A DNA stretch of 64,000 bases from Bacillota bacterium (GTDB lineage Bacteria; Bacillota; Ch66; Ch109): assembly GCA_050952625.1 (NCBI GenBank), contig JBMNLH010000001.1:832001-896000 (forward strand), in the 5' to 3' direction. The position numbers and the translations under genes are program-made. This document shows positions 42,374-52,428 of this stretch, piece after piece. A model generated the notes under the pieces. It was not told the DNA's origin. It worked only from the letters and a program-made list of their open reading frames with translations, and made no database searches. Within the stretch, counting starts at the first letter, position 1. Every line of letters starts with the position of its first letter.

Positions 42374-42415
42374 AACGAATGTTTTATTAATGTATTCCGG
42401 TAGGATTGTGGTAAA

Positions 42416-43348
42416 ATGATAGGATTGATTAACCTTCTAAAACCCCCGGGGCCGACATCGCACGATATGGTAAACTGGCTTCGCCGACTATTGGGAATCC
42501 GTCAAATTGGTCATTTGGGAACCTTAGACCCTGGGGCAGCCGGCGTCTTACCGATTTGTGTTGGGCCAGCGACACGATTAGCAGAATATATGGCTGATTG
42601 GCTTAAAAAATATCGGGTCGAGGTACTGCTCGGAGTAGAAACAGACAGTCAAGATTTTTTCGGTAAGATAATCAATAATAATTTGAATTGTCAATTGACA
42701 GATGATCAAATAGCAAAGGGTCTAGAACAATTGATCGGCCAGCAAGAACAGATCCCGCCGATGTTCTCAGCGGTTAAACAAGGTGGGAAAAGATTATATA
42801 AATTAGCCCGAGAAGGCAAACAAGTGGTTAGAAAACCGCGTTCCATTATAATTCATGACATTCAGATTCAGCGAATTCAATTAACTCAGTATTGTCCTCG
42901 AGTACTATTTGATGTTACCGTATCTAAAGGAACCTATATCCGGACACTTTGCGCTGATTTAGGGGACAAGTTAGGTTGTGGTGGCTGTATGGGCTTTTTG
43001 ATCCGAACAGCATGTGGGCCTTTTACTATTAAAGAGGCCTTGACCACCATGGAGATAGAATCATCTTATAATCAAGGAGATATATCTTTCTTGATTCCTC
43101 CCCAAGTCGGGCTTGCCGATTGGCCAAAGTGGACGATCTGTCCGGAGGCTAAGACATCTTTGATAAACGGGGCTTCTCTGTATCAGAACGACTTTTTGGA
43201 GCCAGGTATTTTGGAAAAATGTTTGGGCACCTTAGGTTGTGTACAATCCCCGGAAGGAAAATTCTTAGCAGTTGGCCAGATCAAAGAAGATTCTTCTGGC
43301 AAGCGATATTGTCATCCGGAGAAGGTTCTGGTTGGTCGAAGCATATAA
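42416..43348 (+). CDS. truB: tRNA pseudouridine(55) synthase
   Basis: GHLGTLDPGAAGVL, PPMFSA, SKGTYIRTL. Confidence 0.97.
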   Translation: MIGLINLLKPPGPTSHDMVNWLRRLLGIRQIGHLGTLDPGAAGVLPICVGPATRLAEYMADWLKKYRVEVLLGVETDSQDFFGKIINNNLNCQLTDDQIAKGLEQLIGQQEQIPPMFSAVKQGGKRLYKLAREGKQVVRKPRSIIIHDIQIQRIQLTQYCPRVLFDVTVSKGTYIRTLCADLGDKLGCGGCMGFLIRTACGPFTIKEALTTMEIESSYNQGDISFLIPPQVGLADWPKWTICPEAKTSLINGASLYQNDFLEPGILEKCLGTLGCVQSPEGKFLAVGQIKEDSSGKRYCHPEKVLVGRSI

Positions 43349-43378
43349 AAGGTGATAAAAGGTGAGGAGAAGAATCAT

Positions 43379-44329
43379 ATGCAAGTCCTGAAGGATCCTC
43401 AGGAGATCAGTCGCAGATTAGGCCGGGTGGTAGTTGCTCTCGGTAATTTTGATGGTGTTCATATTGGACATCAGCGGCTCATTCGTCAAATGGTTAGTTA
43501 TGCCCGGAAAATTGAGGCAGCAGCAGTAGTCTGTACTTTTCATCCTCATCCTCTGCAAGTTTTATTTCCGGACAAGGCCCCGCGTCTTTTAATTAGTAAT
43601 GAAAGAAAGATCGAACTAATTTCCCGCCTAGGAGTTGATGCCTTATTAATGTTGCCTTTTGACCGCAGAATGGCCAAGCTATCACCCGAGTTTTTTGTTC
43701 ATGATGTTTTATACCGACAATTAGGCAGTCAAGGGGTATTTGTCGGTTTTAACTTTACTTTTGGCCATCGCGGTGCCGGTACACCTTCTCTCCTCCAAAA
43801 ATTAGGCAAAGAACTAGGGTTTGTAGTTGAGGTGCTTCCCCCGGTCCAGTTAGATGAGACGATTGTCAGTAGTACTGTCGTCCGCCAAGCCCTGGAGGAA
43901 GGTGATATTGGCCGGGCTCGCAGTTACCTCGGTTACTGGCCATCTCTTGAGGGGAGAGTGGTTCTGGGAGACCAAAGAGGGGGGAAAAAAATGGGCTTCC
44001 CTACTGCCAACCTGGATATTAGCCAAGATGTTTTAATCCCAGCTCGTGGAGTTTATGTCGCCCAGGTTAAGGTTGGTGATCAAATCTATGATGGAGTAGT
44101 TAATATCGGTGTTAAACCAACTATTGGCCCGGATTTGCCTCCTACCGTCGAGGTGCACATTCTAGAATTTGCCCAGGTTATTTATGGTGAATGGGTGCAG
44201 TTATCCTTACTGCATCGACTACGGAGTGAGAAAAGGTTTTCCAGTGTCACTGAACTAGTTTCACAAATTAAACGGGATATCGAAGCAGCTAGGACACTTA
44301 GAACTAGTGCTAGGTTTAGCCAGGCATAA
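43379..44329 (+). CDS. ribF: Bifunctional riboflavin kinase/FAD synthetase
   Basis: GNFDGVHIGH, VSST, GFPTAN, NIGVKPT. Confidence 0.97.
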   Translation: MQVLKDPQEISRRLGRVVVALGNFDGVHIGHQRLIRQMVSYARKIEAAAVVCTFHPHPLQVLFPDKAPRLLISNERKIELISRLGVDALLMLPFDRRMAKLSPEFFVHDVLYRQLGSQGVFVGFNFTFGHRGAGTPSLLQKLGKELGFVVEVLPPVQLDETIVSSTVVRQALEEGDIGRARSYLGYWPSLEGRVVLGDQRGGKKMGFPTANLDISQDVLIPARGVYVAQVKVGDQIYDGVVNIGVKPTIGPDLPPTVEVHILEFAQVIYGEWVQLSLLHRLRSEKRFSSVTELVSQIKRDIEAARTLRTSARFSQA

Positions 44330-44331
44330 GG

Positions 44332-44360
44332 TTTACATTTCCTGTACCCTATGGTAAAAT
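44332..44360 (+). promoter_or_regulatory. sigma-A promoter upstream of two small ORFs and rpsO
   Basis: TTTACA-N17-TAAAAT with extended -10 TG. Confidence 0.7.
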
Positions 44361-44402
44361 GAACTTCGGTAAAGGTTCCGAATCCTGGGGAGGGAGAGTA
44401 CG

Positions 44403-44628
44403 GGTGACTTTACCGGTAATGGATGAGCGACATCAGGAACTCAAAAGGATAGTCAGTTTAATTGCCCTTATCTGTTTGAGTGAAGAGTTTATGGCACTGC
44501 GTAAGGAGCTAGAATCTCTTTATCTTAAGCATGGCAATGAATCGGCCCCTGTTTTGGCCTTTCAAGACGCTCTTTATTCCTTGATAGCTCAGGAAGAAAT
44601 AGACTTTTTACGAGTTAAAGCGTTTTAA
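44403..44628 (+). CDS. Small helical hypothetical protein
   Basis: ORF with SD GGAGGGAG before GTG 44403; no recognised family. Confidence 0.65.
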
Positions 44629-44648
44629 ATAACCGGGGGTGATACCCG

Positions 44649-44870
44649 GTGAGAATTATTATTACTGAGCATGCCAAAAAAAGGCTACGCGATCTGCGAC
44701 AGGACCGGATTTTACAGTCAGACATAATGATCGCGGCACTAGAGATTCCCGGTCATATTCCGTCAGCTACTCGTTTTCGAGGGTTTATCGCCCGATCAGG
44801 TCGATTATTTGATTTGGTTGTCAAGGACATTCCAGGAGGAAGGTTAGTGATTACGATAATTGGTAAATAG
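44649..44870 (+). CDS. Small basic hypothetical protein, DUF4258/RelE-BrnT-like pattern
   Basis: IIITEHAKKRL N-terminus and LVVK...LVITI C-terminus; SD GGGGGTG. Confidence 0.6.
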   Translation: MRIIITEHAKKRLRDLRQDRILQSDIMIAALEIPGHIPSATRFRGFIARSGRLFDLVVKDIPGGRLVITIIGK

Positions 44871-44894
44871 ACATAAAGTTGGGAAGACTTTTCA

Positions 44895-44972
44895 CAATGG
44901 TGCTGAACCGTGATCTAGGGTTGCTGAATCTCCGGCGGCTTCCTTGGACACTGGCGATTTAAGAGAAGGAGG
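44895..44972 (+). ncRNA. Ribosomal protein S15 leader (Firmicutes type)
   Basis: AACC...CTAGG...GCTGAA.CTCCGGCGGC..CCTTGG...TGGCGATT before rpsO SD; matches recalled leader pattern. Confidence 0.7.
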
Positions 44973-44983
44973 TGACTTTACTG

Positions 44984-45253
44984 ATGACGCTTAGTCTCGA
45001 AGAAAAACAAGCCTTGATTGAGTCATATAGACTTCACGAGAATGATACCGGGTCACCAGAAGTGCAGATTGCTATCTTGACTCAACGAATCAACAGCCTG
45101 ACCGATCATCTGAGGATTCATCGCAAGGATCATCATTCACGGCGAGGTCTTTTGAAAATGGTTGGTCAAAGACGGGGCTTGTTAAACTATTTAAAGAATT
45201 CAGATGTTGAGAGATATCGAACGCTTATTGGCCGACTTGGGTTGCGCCGGTAA
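44984..45253 (+). CDS. rpsO: 30S ribosomal protein S15
   Basis: [30 protein letters not shown]. Confidence 0.99.
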   Translation: MTLSLEEKQALIESYRLHENDTGSPEVQIAILTQRINSLTDHLRIHRKDHHSRRGLLKMVGQRRGLLNYLKNSDVERYRTLIGRLGLRR

Positions 45254-45275
45254 ATTATGCAGACAATAACCTTCT

Positions 45276-45301
45276 AAAAAGGGCGGACAGCCGCTCTTTT
45301 T
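45276..45301 (+). terminator. Intrinsic terminator after rpsO
   Basis: AAAAAGGGCGG-ACAG-CCGCTCTTTTT. Confidence 0.85.
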
Positions 45302-45437
45302 AATTGTCTGGGTGAGGGATAGCATAAAGGTTAGAATTAAGGTTAATTAAATTGACTAATCGCTGGAAATACTACATATTAAAAACGCTGTAAAATTTCC
45401 AGGATAGTTAGAAAAAAGAATAGGGTAAAGGAGGAAA

Positions 45438-47567
45438 ATGTCCGTGGATACATTTTCCACAGTTTTAGGGGGACGTCCCCTAATTATTGAAGCGGGAAAA
45501 ATGGCCAAGCAAGCCAGTGGAGCAGTTCTGATACGTTACGGGGAAACGGTGGTTCTAGTAACTGCTACGGCATCTGCTGAACCTCGAGAAGGAATAGATT
45601 TTTTCCCCATGACAGTTGACTATGAAGAGAGACTCTACGCTGTTGGTAAGATTCCCGGTGGATTTATAAAACGTGAAGGAAGACCTTCAGAGGCAGCCAT
45701 TCTTTCGGCTAGGTTGATAGATCGACCACTGCGGCCTTTATTCCCCAAAGGGTTTCGGAATGACGTCCATATCGTCGCTACCGTAATGTCGGTTGATCAG
45801 GACAATGCACCAGATGTAACGGCCATGATTGGGGCTTCTTGTGCGCTTACTCTATCGGATATCCCGTTTATGGGCCCTATCGCCGGTGTTGCGGTCGGTC
45901 GAGTTGATGGTCAGTTTGTGATTAACCCGACTCAGGAACAGATTACTAAATCCGAGATGTACCTGGTCGTGGCCGGTACCAAAGACGCGGTAATGATGGT
46001 TGAAGCAGGGGCTAAAGAAGTGCCCGAGGAAATTATGTTGGATGCCATTATGTTTGGCCACGAAACTATTAAGGAATTGGTTGCTTTTCAAGAAGAAATG
46101 GGCATGGCTATTGGCAAGCCCAAACGACAAGTGCCGTTATATGAGATCCCCGAGGAGATTGATTTGGCGGTTCGGGAATATGCTGAAGAAAAGCTTAACC
46201 AAGCGGTTCGTAATTCAGACAAATTACTCCGGGAAGAATTAATTCAAGCAGTGAAAAAAGAGACAGTAGAGCATTTTTCTTTGGTTTTTCCAGAAAAGGA
46301 AAAACTGGTTAAGGATGTTCTGGAGAAGATCCTAAAACAACTGGTGCGAAAGATGATTACCCTGGAGCGGATTCGGCCAGATGGCCGTAAGCTGGATGAA
46401 ATCAGGAAGATAACTACCGAAGTAGGGATTTTGCCAAGAACACATGGATCGGGCTTATTTACCCGTGGACAAACCCAGGTATTAACGATTTGTACCTTGG
46501 GAGCATTGGGGGATATCCAAATATTAGATGGCTTAGGGGCGATTGAATCCAAACGGTATATGCATCACTACAATATGCCGCCTTACAGCGTTGGGGAAAC
46601 CCGGCCAATGCGGGGACCAGGCCGTCGGGAAATAGGCCATGGTGCTTTGGCCGAAAGAGCCCTTGAACCAATGATTCCTTCTGAGAATGAGTTTCCTTAT
46701 ACTATCCGTCTAGTATCAGAGGTAATTGAGTCAAATGGCTCGACCTCAATGGGCAGTGTCTGTGGCAGTACCTTGGCTCTACTGGATGCTGGGGTTCCGA
46801 TAAAAGCCCCGGTAGCTGGTATTGCGATGGGTTTAGTTAAAGAAGAAAATGAGTACGCAATTTTAAGTGATATTCAGGGAATTGAAGATGCCTTAGGTGA
46901 TATGGATTTCAAGGTGGCCGGTACGCAGACTGGGGTTACCGCTCTCCAAATGGATATCAAGATTGCCGGTGTTAGTCGGGAAATTTTAGAAACAGCCTTG
47001 CGTCAGGCGCGGGACGGTCGAATGTTCATTATGGGCAAAATGCTAGAAACAATATCTGAACCTAGAGCAGAATTGTCGACCTATGCTCCGCGAATTATCA
47101 GTTTTACGATTGACCCAGATAAGATTCGGGAAGTGATTGGTCCCGGGGGCAAGATGATTAAAAAAATCATCGAACAAACGGGTGTATCGATTGATATTGA
47201 GGATGACGGGCGAGTATTTATCGCTTCACCGAACCAGGTTGCCGCCGGTCAAGCAGCTTCAATTATTCAGAACTTAATTCAGGATGTTGAAGTTGGTAAA
47301 GTTTATCTGGGCAAAGTCGTCCGTTTAATGGATTTTGGAGCTTTTGTGGAGATTATTCCTGGAGTTATGGGAATGCAGGGCAAAGAAGGCCTCGTGCATA
47401 TTTCTCAGTTGGCGGAAGAAAGAGTCGCCCGGGTCCGAGACGTGGTCAAGGAAGGTGACGAAATACTGGTCAAAGTAACAGAAATCGATCGTCAGGGAAG
47501 AGTGAATCTATCTCGTAAAGAAGTCTTGCGGGGCCAGCGAAAGGCAAGAGATAAAGAAAAGCCGTAG
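45438..47567 (+). CDS. pnp: Polyribonucleotide nucleotidyltransferase
   Basis: [37 protein letters not shown] and S1 domains. Confidence 0.99.
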   Translation: MSVDTFSTVLGGRPLIIEAGKMAKQASGAVLIRYGETVVLVTATASAEPREGIDFFPMTVDYEERLYAVGKIPGGFIKREGRPSEAAILSARLIDRPLRPLFPKGFRNDVHIVATVMSVDQDNAPDVTAMIGASCALTLSDIPFMGPIAGVAVGRVDGQFVINPTQEQITKSEMYLVVAGTKDAVMMVEAGAKEVPEEIMLDAIMFGHETIKELVAFQEEMGMAIGKPKRQVPLYEIPEEIDLAVREYAEEKLNQAVRNSDKLLREELIQAVKKETVEHFSLVFPEKEKLVKDVLEKILKQLVRKMITLERIRPDGRKLDEIRKITTEVGILPRTHGSGLFTRGQTQVLTICTLGALGDIQILDGLGAIESKRYMHHYNMPPYSVGETRPMRGPGRREIGHGALAERALEPMIPSENEFPYTIRLVSEVIESNGSTSMGSVCGSTLALLDAGVPIKAPVAGIAMGLVKEENEYAILSDIQGIEDALGDMDFKVAGTQTGVTALQMDIKIAGVSREILETALRQARDGRMFIMGKMLETISEPRAELSTYAPRIISFTIDPDKIREVIGPGGKMIKKIIEQTGVSIDIEDDGRVFIASPNQVAAGQAASIIQNLIQDVEVGKVYLGKVVRLMDFGAFVEIIPGVMGMQGKEGLVHISQLAEERVARVRDVVKEGDEILVKVTEIDRQGRVNLSRKEVLRGQRKARDKEKP

Positions 47568-47625
47568 GATAAATCATTTTACTGCGACAATTAACTTACT
47601 CAGACAACCAATAGGTCCCCTATTA

Positions 47626-47657
47626 ATAAACCGAGTTTCTCGGTTTATATTTATTTT
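47626..47657 (+). terminator. Intrinsic terminator after pnp
   Basis: ATAAACCGAG-TTT-CTCGGTTTAT followed by T-rich tail. Confidence 0.75.
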
Positions 47658-47673
47658 CTGTATGGCATATACT
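47645..47673 (+). promoter_or_regulatory. sigma-E-type sporulation promoter
   Basis: TTATATT-N14-CATATACT upstream of the ylxY-like gene. Confidence 0.7.
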
Positions 47674-47695
47674 TGGGTAAGAGAGGTGGGGCCTG

Positions 47696-48427
47696 ATGGG
47701 AAGCCAGCAAGAAAAGAAAACAGCTGTTTTTTTATTACTAACGGTCATCCTGCTGTTGGTTGGTTCCAGTCTCGTCTGGCTCCGGCTTTCGAAAGAAATA
47801 ATGACTACCTCTAGTGGAGCTCAGCCGTTTTATAATGGTCGAACCGGCCAAAAAGTGGTTGCGCTGATGTTTAATGTTGATTGGGGCGAAGAATACCTAC
47901 CATCAATTCTTGAGATACTTAAGGAAAATCAAGCGGTAGCTTCCTTTATGCTTACCGGGCGTTGGGCGAAATTGCAGCCCGATCTCGTTCGAAGAATAGC
48001 GGTCGAAGGGCATGAAATTGGTAACCATAGTTATTCACACTGTCACCCAAATCAATTGGGCCGCAGTGAGTTAGAAGAGGAAATTCAACGAACCCAGGCC
48101 ATTATCAGTGAGATAACCGGTAAACTGCCACAGGTATTTGCTCCCCCTTACGGGGAGTATAATCAGCGTGTCTTAGATACAGCCAGTACCTTAGGTCTCC
48201 CGGTTATTATGTGGACTTTGGATACGATTGATTGGCGACGACCCAGTGCCTCTACTATTGTGGAACGAGTAACCGCTAGGGTTCAGCCAGATTGCCTCAT
48301 ACTCATGCATCCTACTGAACCAACTGTTCAAGCTTTACCCCATATCCTTACCTTCTTAAAAGAGCAGGGATACAATCTGGTATCTGTATCCGATATTATT
48401 GTGGAGGGAGGCCGAGTCAATCAATAA
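47696..48427 (+). CDS. Polysaccharide deacetylase family sporulation protein (YlxY-like)
   Basis: LMFNVDWG, HEIGNHSYSH, FAPPYGE, LMHPT; N-terminal TM; follows pnp. Confidence 0.88.
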   Translation: MGSQQEKKTAVFLLLTVILLLVGSSLVWLRLSKEIMTTSSGAQPFYNGRTGQKVVALMFNVDWGEEYLPSILEILKENQAVASFMLTGRWAKLQPDLVRRIAVEGHEIGNHSYSHCHPNQLGRSELEEEIQRTQAIISEITGKLPQVFAPPYGEYNQRVLDTASTLGLPVIMWTLDTIDWRRPSASTIVERVTARVQPDCLILMHPTEPTVQALPHILTFLKEQGYNLVSVSDIIVEGGRVNQ

Positions 48428-49616
48428 ATTTGATTATGTACTAAGGCGTTACCACTTATTTTGGTTTAGTTGGGTTTTTAAATTTATTTTTATTTCTTTG
48501 TATCTATTTACTTGGGTATTGGTCGGACCAGTTTTGGCTGAACCAGCAGTTTCAGAACAGCCGGCCTTAATGCCGCCGGCTCCTCGCTTAACCGCGGAAG
48601 CAGCCGTGTTGATTGAGGGATCAAGTGGTCAGGTAATCTTTGAAAAGAATGCCTATCAAGCTCGTCCACCAGCCAGTACGACTAAGATAATGGCCACCTT
48701 AATTGCTCTGGAAAGAGCCAACCTGAATGACTTAGTAACGATTGGGCCTCGCGCACCCCGAGCCGGTGGTTCGACTATTGGTTTACGCTCTGGACAAGTG
48801 TATCCTTTGGGGGAACTGTTAGAAGGAGCCCTAATTCCTTCCGGGAATGACGCTTGTGTGGCGATCGGCGAGTATATTGGGGAAAATGAAAGCCACTTTG
48901 TGCAATTAATGAACCAAAAGGCAATATCCCTGGGGGCCAGAAACACTTATTTTCGAAATACTAATGGAATGCCGGTAAAAGGTCACTACAGCACAGCCTA
49001 TGATTTAGCCCTTATCGCTCGTTACGCTTTGCGCAATTCTGAATTTGCCCGAATCGTAAGCAGTCAGTATGCAACTGTATCGCCGGTTGAGGATAGTAGT
49101 TCGGTTCAAAAAGGTGGGTTGTCCATTAAAAACACTAATGCTCTGCTTTGGAGTTATCCCGGAGCAGATGGGGTCAAAACTGGAACTACTCAGGCCGCTG
49201 GTAAATGCTTAGTCGCCTCAGCCACTCGAGACGGAAGACAATTGATTGCCGTGGTACTTAAGAGTCACGACCGGTTTGGAGATTCCGCCCGTCTCCTGGA
49301 TTATGGCTTTCAAAACTTCGTTCGAGTTGGCGTAATTAATCCGGGAGAGATTGTGGCTATAGTCCCGATCGAAAAAGGCAATCCCAGCACGGTAGAGGCG
49401 GTAGCTCAAGCACAGCTTGAGCTTACAGTTCCTAACCAGCAGGCTGGCCAGATAGAAACAGTTATTAATGTGGATGAGCACTTGCGGGCACCGCTTCAAG
49501 CAGGGACCAAAGTGGGGGAAGTCATTCTCACCTGTGAAGGAAAAGAATTGCAAAAGGTGCCGCTAATAACCAGTCAGACGGTAATGAAAAATGCCCCATG
49601 GTGGGAGCTTTGGTAA
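48399..49616 (+). CDS. D-alanyl-D-alanine carboxypeptidase (peptidase S11)
   Basis: PASTTK (SxxK), SGN, KTG, PBP5 C-terminal domain; start uncertain. Confidence 0.93.
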   Translation: MWREAESINKFDYVLRRYHLFWFSWVFKFIFISLYLFTWVLVGPVLAEPAVSEQPALMPPAPRLTAEAAVLIEGSSGQVIFEKNAYQARPPASTTKIMATLIALERANLNDLVTIGPRAPRAGGSTIGLRSGQVYPLGELLEGALIPSGNDACVAIGEYIGENESHFVQLMNQKAISLGARNTYFRNTNGMPVKGHYSTAYDLALIARYALRNSEFARIVSSQYATVSPVEDSSSVQKGGLSIKNTNALLWSYPGADGVKTGTTQAAGKCLVASATRDGRQLIAVVLKSHDRFGDSARLLDYGFQNFVRVGVINPGEIVAIVPIEKGNPSTVEAVAQAQLELTVPNQQAGQIETVINVDEHLRAPLQAGTKVGEVILTCEGKELQKVPLITSQTVMKNAPWWELW

Positions 49617-49683
49617 TAAAATGGGATTGAACTGGAACCCGGCTAACGCTATGATTAAGGAGAGTTAGAAGGAGGAAGGTTCA

Positions 49684-50970
49684 ATGTTGAATTACCGTAA
49701 AAATGTGCTGAATAACGGAGTCAGGATATTAACCGAAGAGATTCCGCATGTACGATCAATATCTTTAGGACTATGGGTTCGGTCAGGCTCTCGGGATGAA
49801 GACGAGGCGACGAGCGGCATCAGTCACTTTATTGAGCATATGATGTTTAAAGGTACTGAAAAGAGAACTGCCCGGCAAATTGGAGAAGCTTTAGAAGCGG
49901 TTGGTGGACAGTTAAATGCCTTTACCACTAAAGAGTATACTTGTTACTACGCTCGAGTATTGGACGAGCATCTGGATCTAGCTATTGATGTCCTGAGTGA
50001 TATGTTTTTTAATTCTCGTTTTAATCCTAATGATATCGACACAGAACGTCGAGTGGTTTTGGAAGAAATCAGTATGTATGAAGATTCTCCTGATGAATTA
50101 ATCCATGATTTATTCGCTCGGACGGTTTGGGCGGGTCACCCTTTGGGCCGGCCTATTCTAGGCTCAATCAAGACTGTTCAATCTATTACTCGGGAGACCT
50201 TGCTGGAACACTTGAATTATCATTATTCCCCTAATCGTTTGGTAATTGCGGCGGCTGGACGAGTTACTCACGATTCACTAGTTGAGAAACTTCAACCTCT
50301 ATTTGAGAGTTGGAATCCGCCAAATTTAACCCCGGTGAACCAGAAAGCACCCCGACCTCAAGCCGGGCTGGTTAATCAGAAAAAAGATACAGAACAGGTC
50401 CATTTATGTTTGGGAGTCCCTGGTTTACGGCAAGACGATAAACGGCTTTATACCTTACACGTCCTCAATAATGTACTGGGAGGCGGAGTAAGTTCCCGGC
50501 TTTTCCAGGAGATACGAGAACAGCGGGGATTAGCCTATTCAGTTTTTTCGTATCACTCAGCCTACCGTGATAGTGGTCTATTGGGAATCTATGCTGGAAC
50601 CAGCCCAGCTAATGTTGAGCAGGTTCTTGATCTGTTGATTCGGGAAATCAGCCAAATCCGGAGCCAGGGAATTAAGCTTGATGAACTTCAACGAACTAAG
50701 GATCAAATCAAAGGCAGCGTGTACCTTAGCCTGGAGAGCGTTAGCAATCGCATGACCCGACTAGGGAAAACTGAATTATGTCTTGATCGAGTCATTGATC
50801 CGGACGAAGTTATCGAGAAAGTTGACGCTATCCAACAAGAAGATGTGCTTGCCTTAGCGGCTGAGATTTTTAAACCAGAAAATTTTGCGGCAGTGACTAT
50901 TGGTCCAGAGGACCAGCTCATTAGTTTAAGTCGATTTCAGTCGGGTCAAACAATCGGTAAAAATCGGTAA
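49684..50970 (+). CDS. M16 family zinc peptidase
   Basis: HFIEHMMFKG (HxxEH), NAFTTKE, SSRLFQEIREQRGLAYSV. Confidence 0.95.
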   Translation: MLNYRKNVLNNGVRILTEEIPHVRSISLGLWVRSGSRDEDEATSGISHFIEHMMFKGTEKRTARQIGEALEAVGGQLNAFTTKEYTCYYARVLDEHLDLAIDVLSDMFFNSRFNPNDIDTERRVVLEEISMYEDSPDELIHDLFARTVWAGHPLGRPILGSIKTVQSITRETLLEHLNYHYSPNRLVIAAAGRVTHDSLVEKLQPLFESWNPPNLTPVNQKAPRPQAGLVNQKKDTEQVHLCLGVPGLRQDDKRLYTLHVLNNVLGGGVSSRLFQEIREQRGLAYSVFSYHSAYRDSGLLGIYAGTSPANVEQVLDLLIREISQIRSQGIKLDELQRTKDQIKGSVYLSLESVSNRMTRLGKTELCLDRVIDPDEVIEKVDAIQQEDVLALAAEIFKPENFAAVTIGPEDQLISLSRFQSGQTIGKNR

Positions 50971-50996
50971 TAATATTGGCCAAGTTTTCATAAGCT
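50968..50996 (+). promoter_or_regulatory. Possible sigma-E promoter of ymxH
   Basis: TAATAAT-N14-CATAAGCT. Confidence 0.5.
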
Positions 50997-51055
50997 CTAA
51001 TCATAAGGGAACCGTTTCCTAAAGAAGATATTAGATTGCGGTGGGGGTTGGTCGA

Positions 51056-51325
51056 ATGAGGATGAGTGAGTTGATTGGCAAAGAGATAATTAATCTCTAT
51101 GATGGCGGTCGGCTTGGTACAGTAGGAGAATCAGATCTAGTCATTGATTTAGAGTCGGGTCGAGTTCAGTCTTTAGTCCTGCCCAGTAAAACTAATATCT
51201 TGAGTTTTTGGGGCGACCAGCAGCAAATGATAATTCCCTGGGAAGCGGTCAAGAAGATTGGCTCAGAAGTGATTATTGTTGAACTTGACCGGACCAATTT
51301 ACGCGGAAAACGGTATATGTTGTAA
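51056..51325 (+). CDS. ymxH: YlmC/YmxH family sporulation PRC-barrel protein
   Basis: MRMSELIGKEIINL..G.RLG, IPWEAVKKIGSEVIIV. Confidence 0.9.
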   Translation: MRMSELIGKEIINLYDGGRLGTVGESDLVIDLESGRVQSLVLPSKTNILSFWGDQQQMIIPWEAVKKIGSEVIIVELDRTNLRGKRYML

Positions 51326-51362
51326 ACCTGTTCAGTATTATTAACCGATTTGAAGTCGGATT

Positions 51363-51396
51363 AATAACCCGGAATAAATACCGGGTTTTTTATTTT
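51363..51396 (+). terminator. Intrinsic terminator after ymxH
   Basis: AACCCGG / CCGGGTT hairpin plus T run. Confidence 0.8.
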
Positions 51397-51398
51397 AT

Positions 51399-51427
51399 TT
51401 GACAAGATACAGCAATTATACGACAAT
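51399..51427 (+). promoter_or_regulatory. sigma-A promoter of dapB
   Basis: TTGACA-N17-GACAAT. Confidence 0.6.
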
Positions 51428-51459
51428 TAAAAATTGAAGATTATCTAGGAGGAAAAAGC

Positions 51460-52266
51460 ATGGGAGACAAAATAAGGGTAGTCGTGGCGGGTGCCTATGG
51501 CAAAATGGGTCGAGAAGTTGTCAAGGCGGTTTTACACGACAAAGCTTTAGAACTGGTTGGTGCGGTTGATGTTAAAGGTCGAGGAACTGATTTGGGTACT
51601 CTGGTAGGGGAAGCTCCGATTGGCCAGGAGATATCCGGAGAATTAGAAATTTTATTAAAACAGAACCGCCCTCATGTGCTTATTGATTTTACCAATCCTC
51701 AATCTGTATTGCGAAATATTCATACAGCTCTTGACAATCAAACATGCTCAGTGGTGGGAACTACCGGACTGACTGCTGAAGAATTACAAGAGATTGACCA
51801 TAAAGCCAAAGAGAAAGCTCTGGGCGTATTCGTCGCACCTAATTTTGCTTTAGGAGCTGTTCTAATGATGAAGTTTGCTCGGGAGACGGCTCGCTATTTC
51901 CCTCATGTTGAGATAATCGAATTACATCATGACCAAAAAGTAGATGCTCCATCCGGAACCTCTTTGCGGACAGTGGACCTTATCTCAGAAAAACGACCGG
52001 TTTTTCGTCAAGGGGCAATCAATGAATATGAAAAGGTAGCCGGGGCCCGAGGTGGAGAAATCAACGGAATTCGGGTACACAGTGTACGTCTCCCCGGTTT
52101 TATCGCCCATCAAGAAGTTATTTTTGGTGGTCTTGGTCAGATTCTTACCTTACGGCATGACTCAATTAATCGAGAATGTTTTATGCCAGGAGTACTGTTA
52201 GCTGTTCATAAGGTTGGACAATTACACGGTTTAGTGGTTGGCTTGGAAGAGTTGTTAGATGATTGA
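51460..52266 (+). CDS. dapB: 4-hydroxy-tetrahydrodipicolinate reductase
   Basis: GAYGKMG, VGTTG, ELHHDQKVDAPSGT. Confidence 0.98.
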   Translation: MGDKIRVVVAGAYGKMGREVVKAVLHDKALELVGAVDVKGRGTDLGTLVGEAPIGQEISGELEILLKQNRPHVLIDFTNPQSVLRNIHTALDNQTCSVVGTTGLTAEELQEIDHKAKEKALGVFVAPNFALGAVLMMKFARETARYFPHVEIIELHHDQKVDAPSGTSLRTVDLISEKRPVFRQGAINEYEKVAGARGGEINGIRVHSVRLPGFIAHQEVIFGGLGQILTLRHDSINRECFMPGVLLAVHKVGQLHGLVVGLEELLDD

Positions 52267-52293
52267 TATTTAAGAAGGCTATTTGTGAATTGA

Positions 52294-52324
52294 GTCACCG
52301 TTTTGGTCAGATTGCCATATACTG
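52294..52324 (+). promoter_or_regulatory. sigma-K-type promoter of dpaA
   Basis: GTCAC-N17-CATATACTG fits AC-N16/17-CATANNNT. Confidence 0.7.
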
Positions 52325-52428
52325 CTTATGAGAGTTGGTTAGCTAAGTGATAGCCAGGGTCAGTCGCAATGTGTTGTAACATTACATTTACTAGATTCAC
52401 ATGGCTTTAGTTAAGGGAGGCAACCGTT

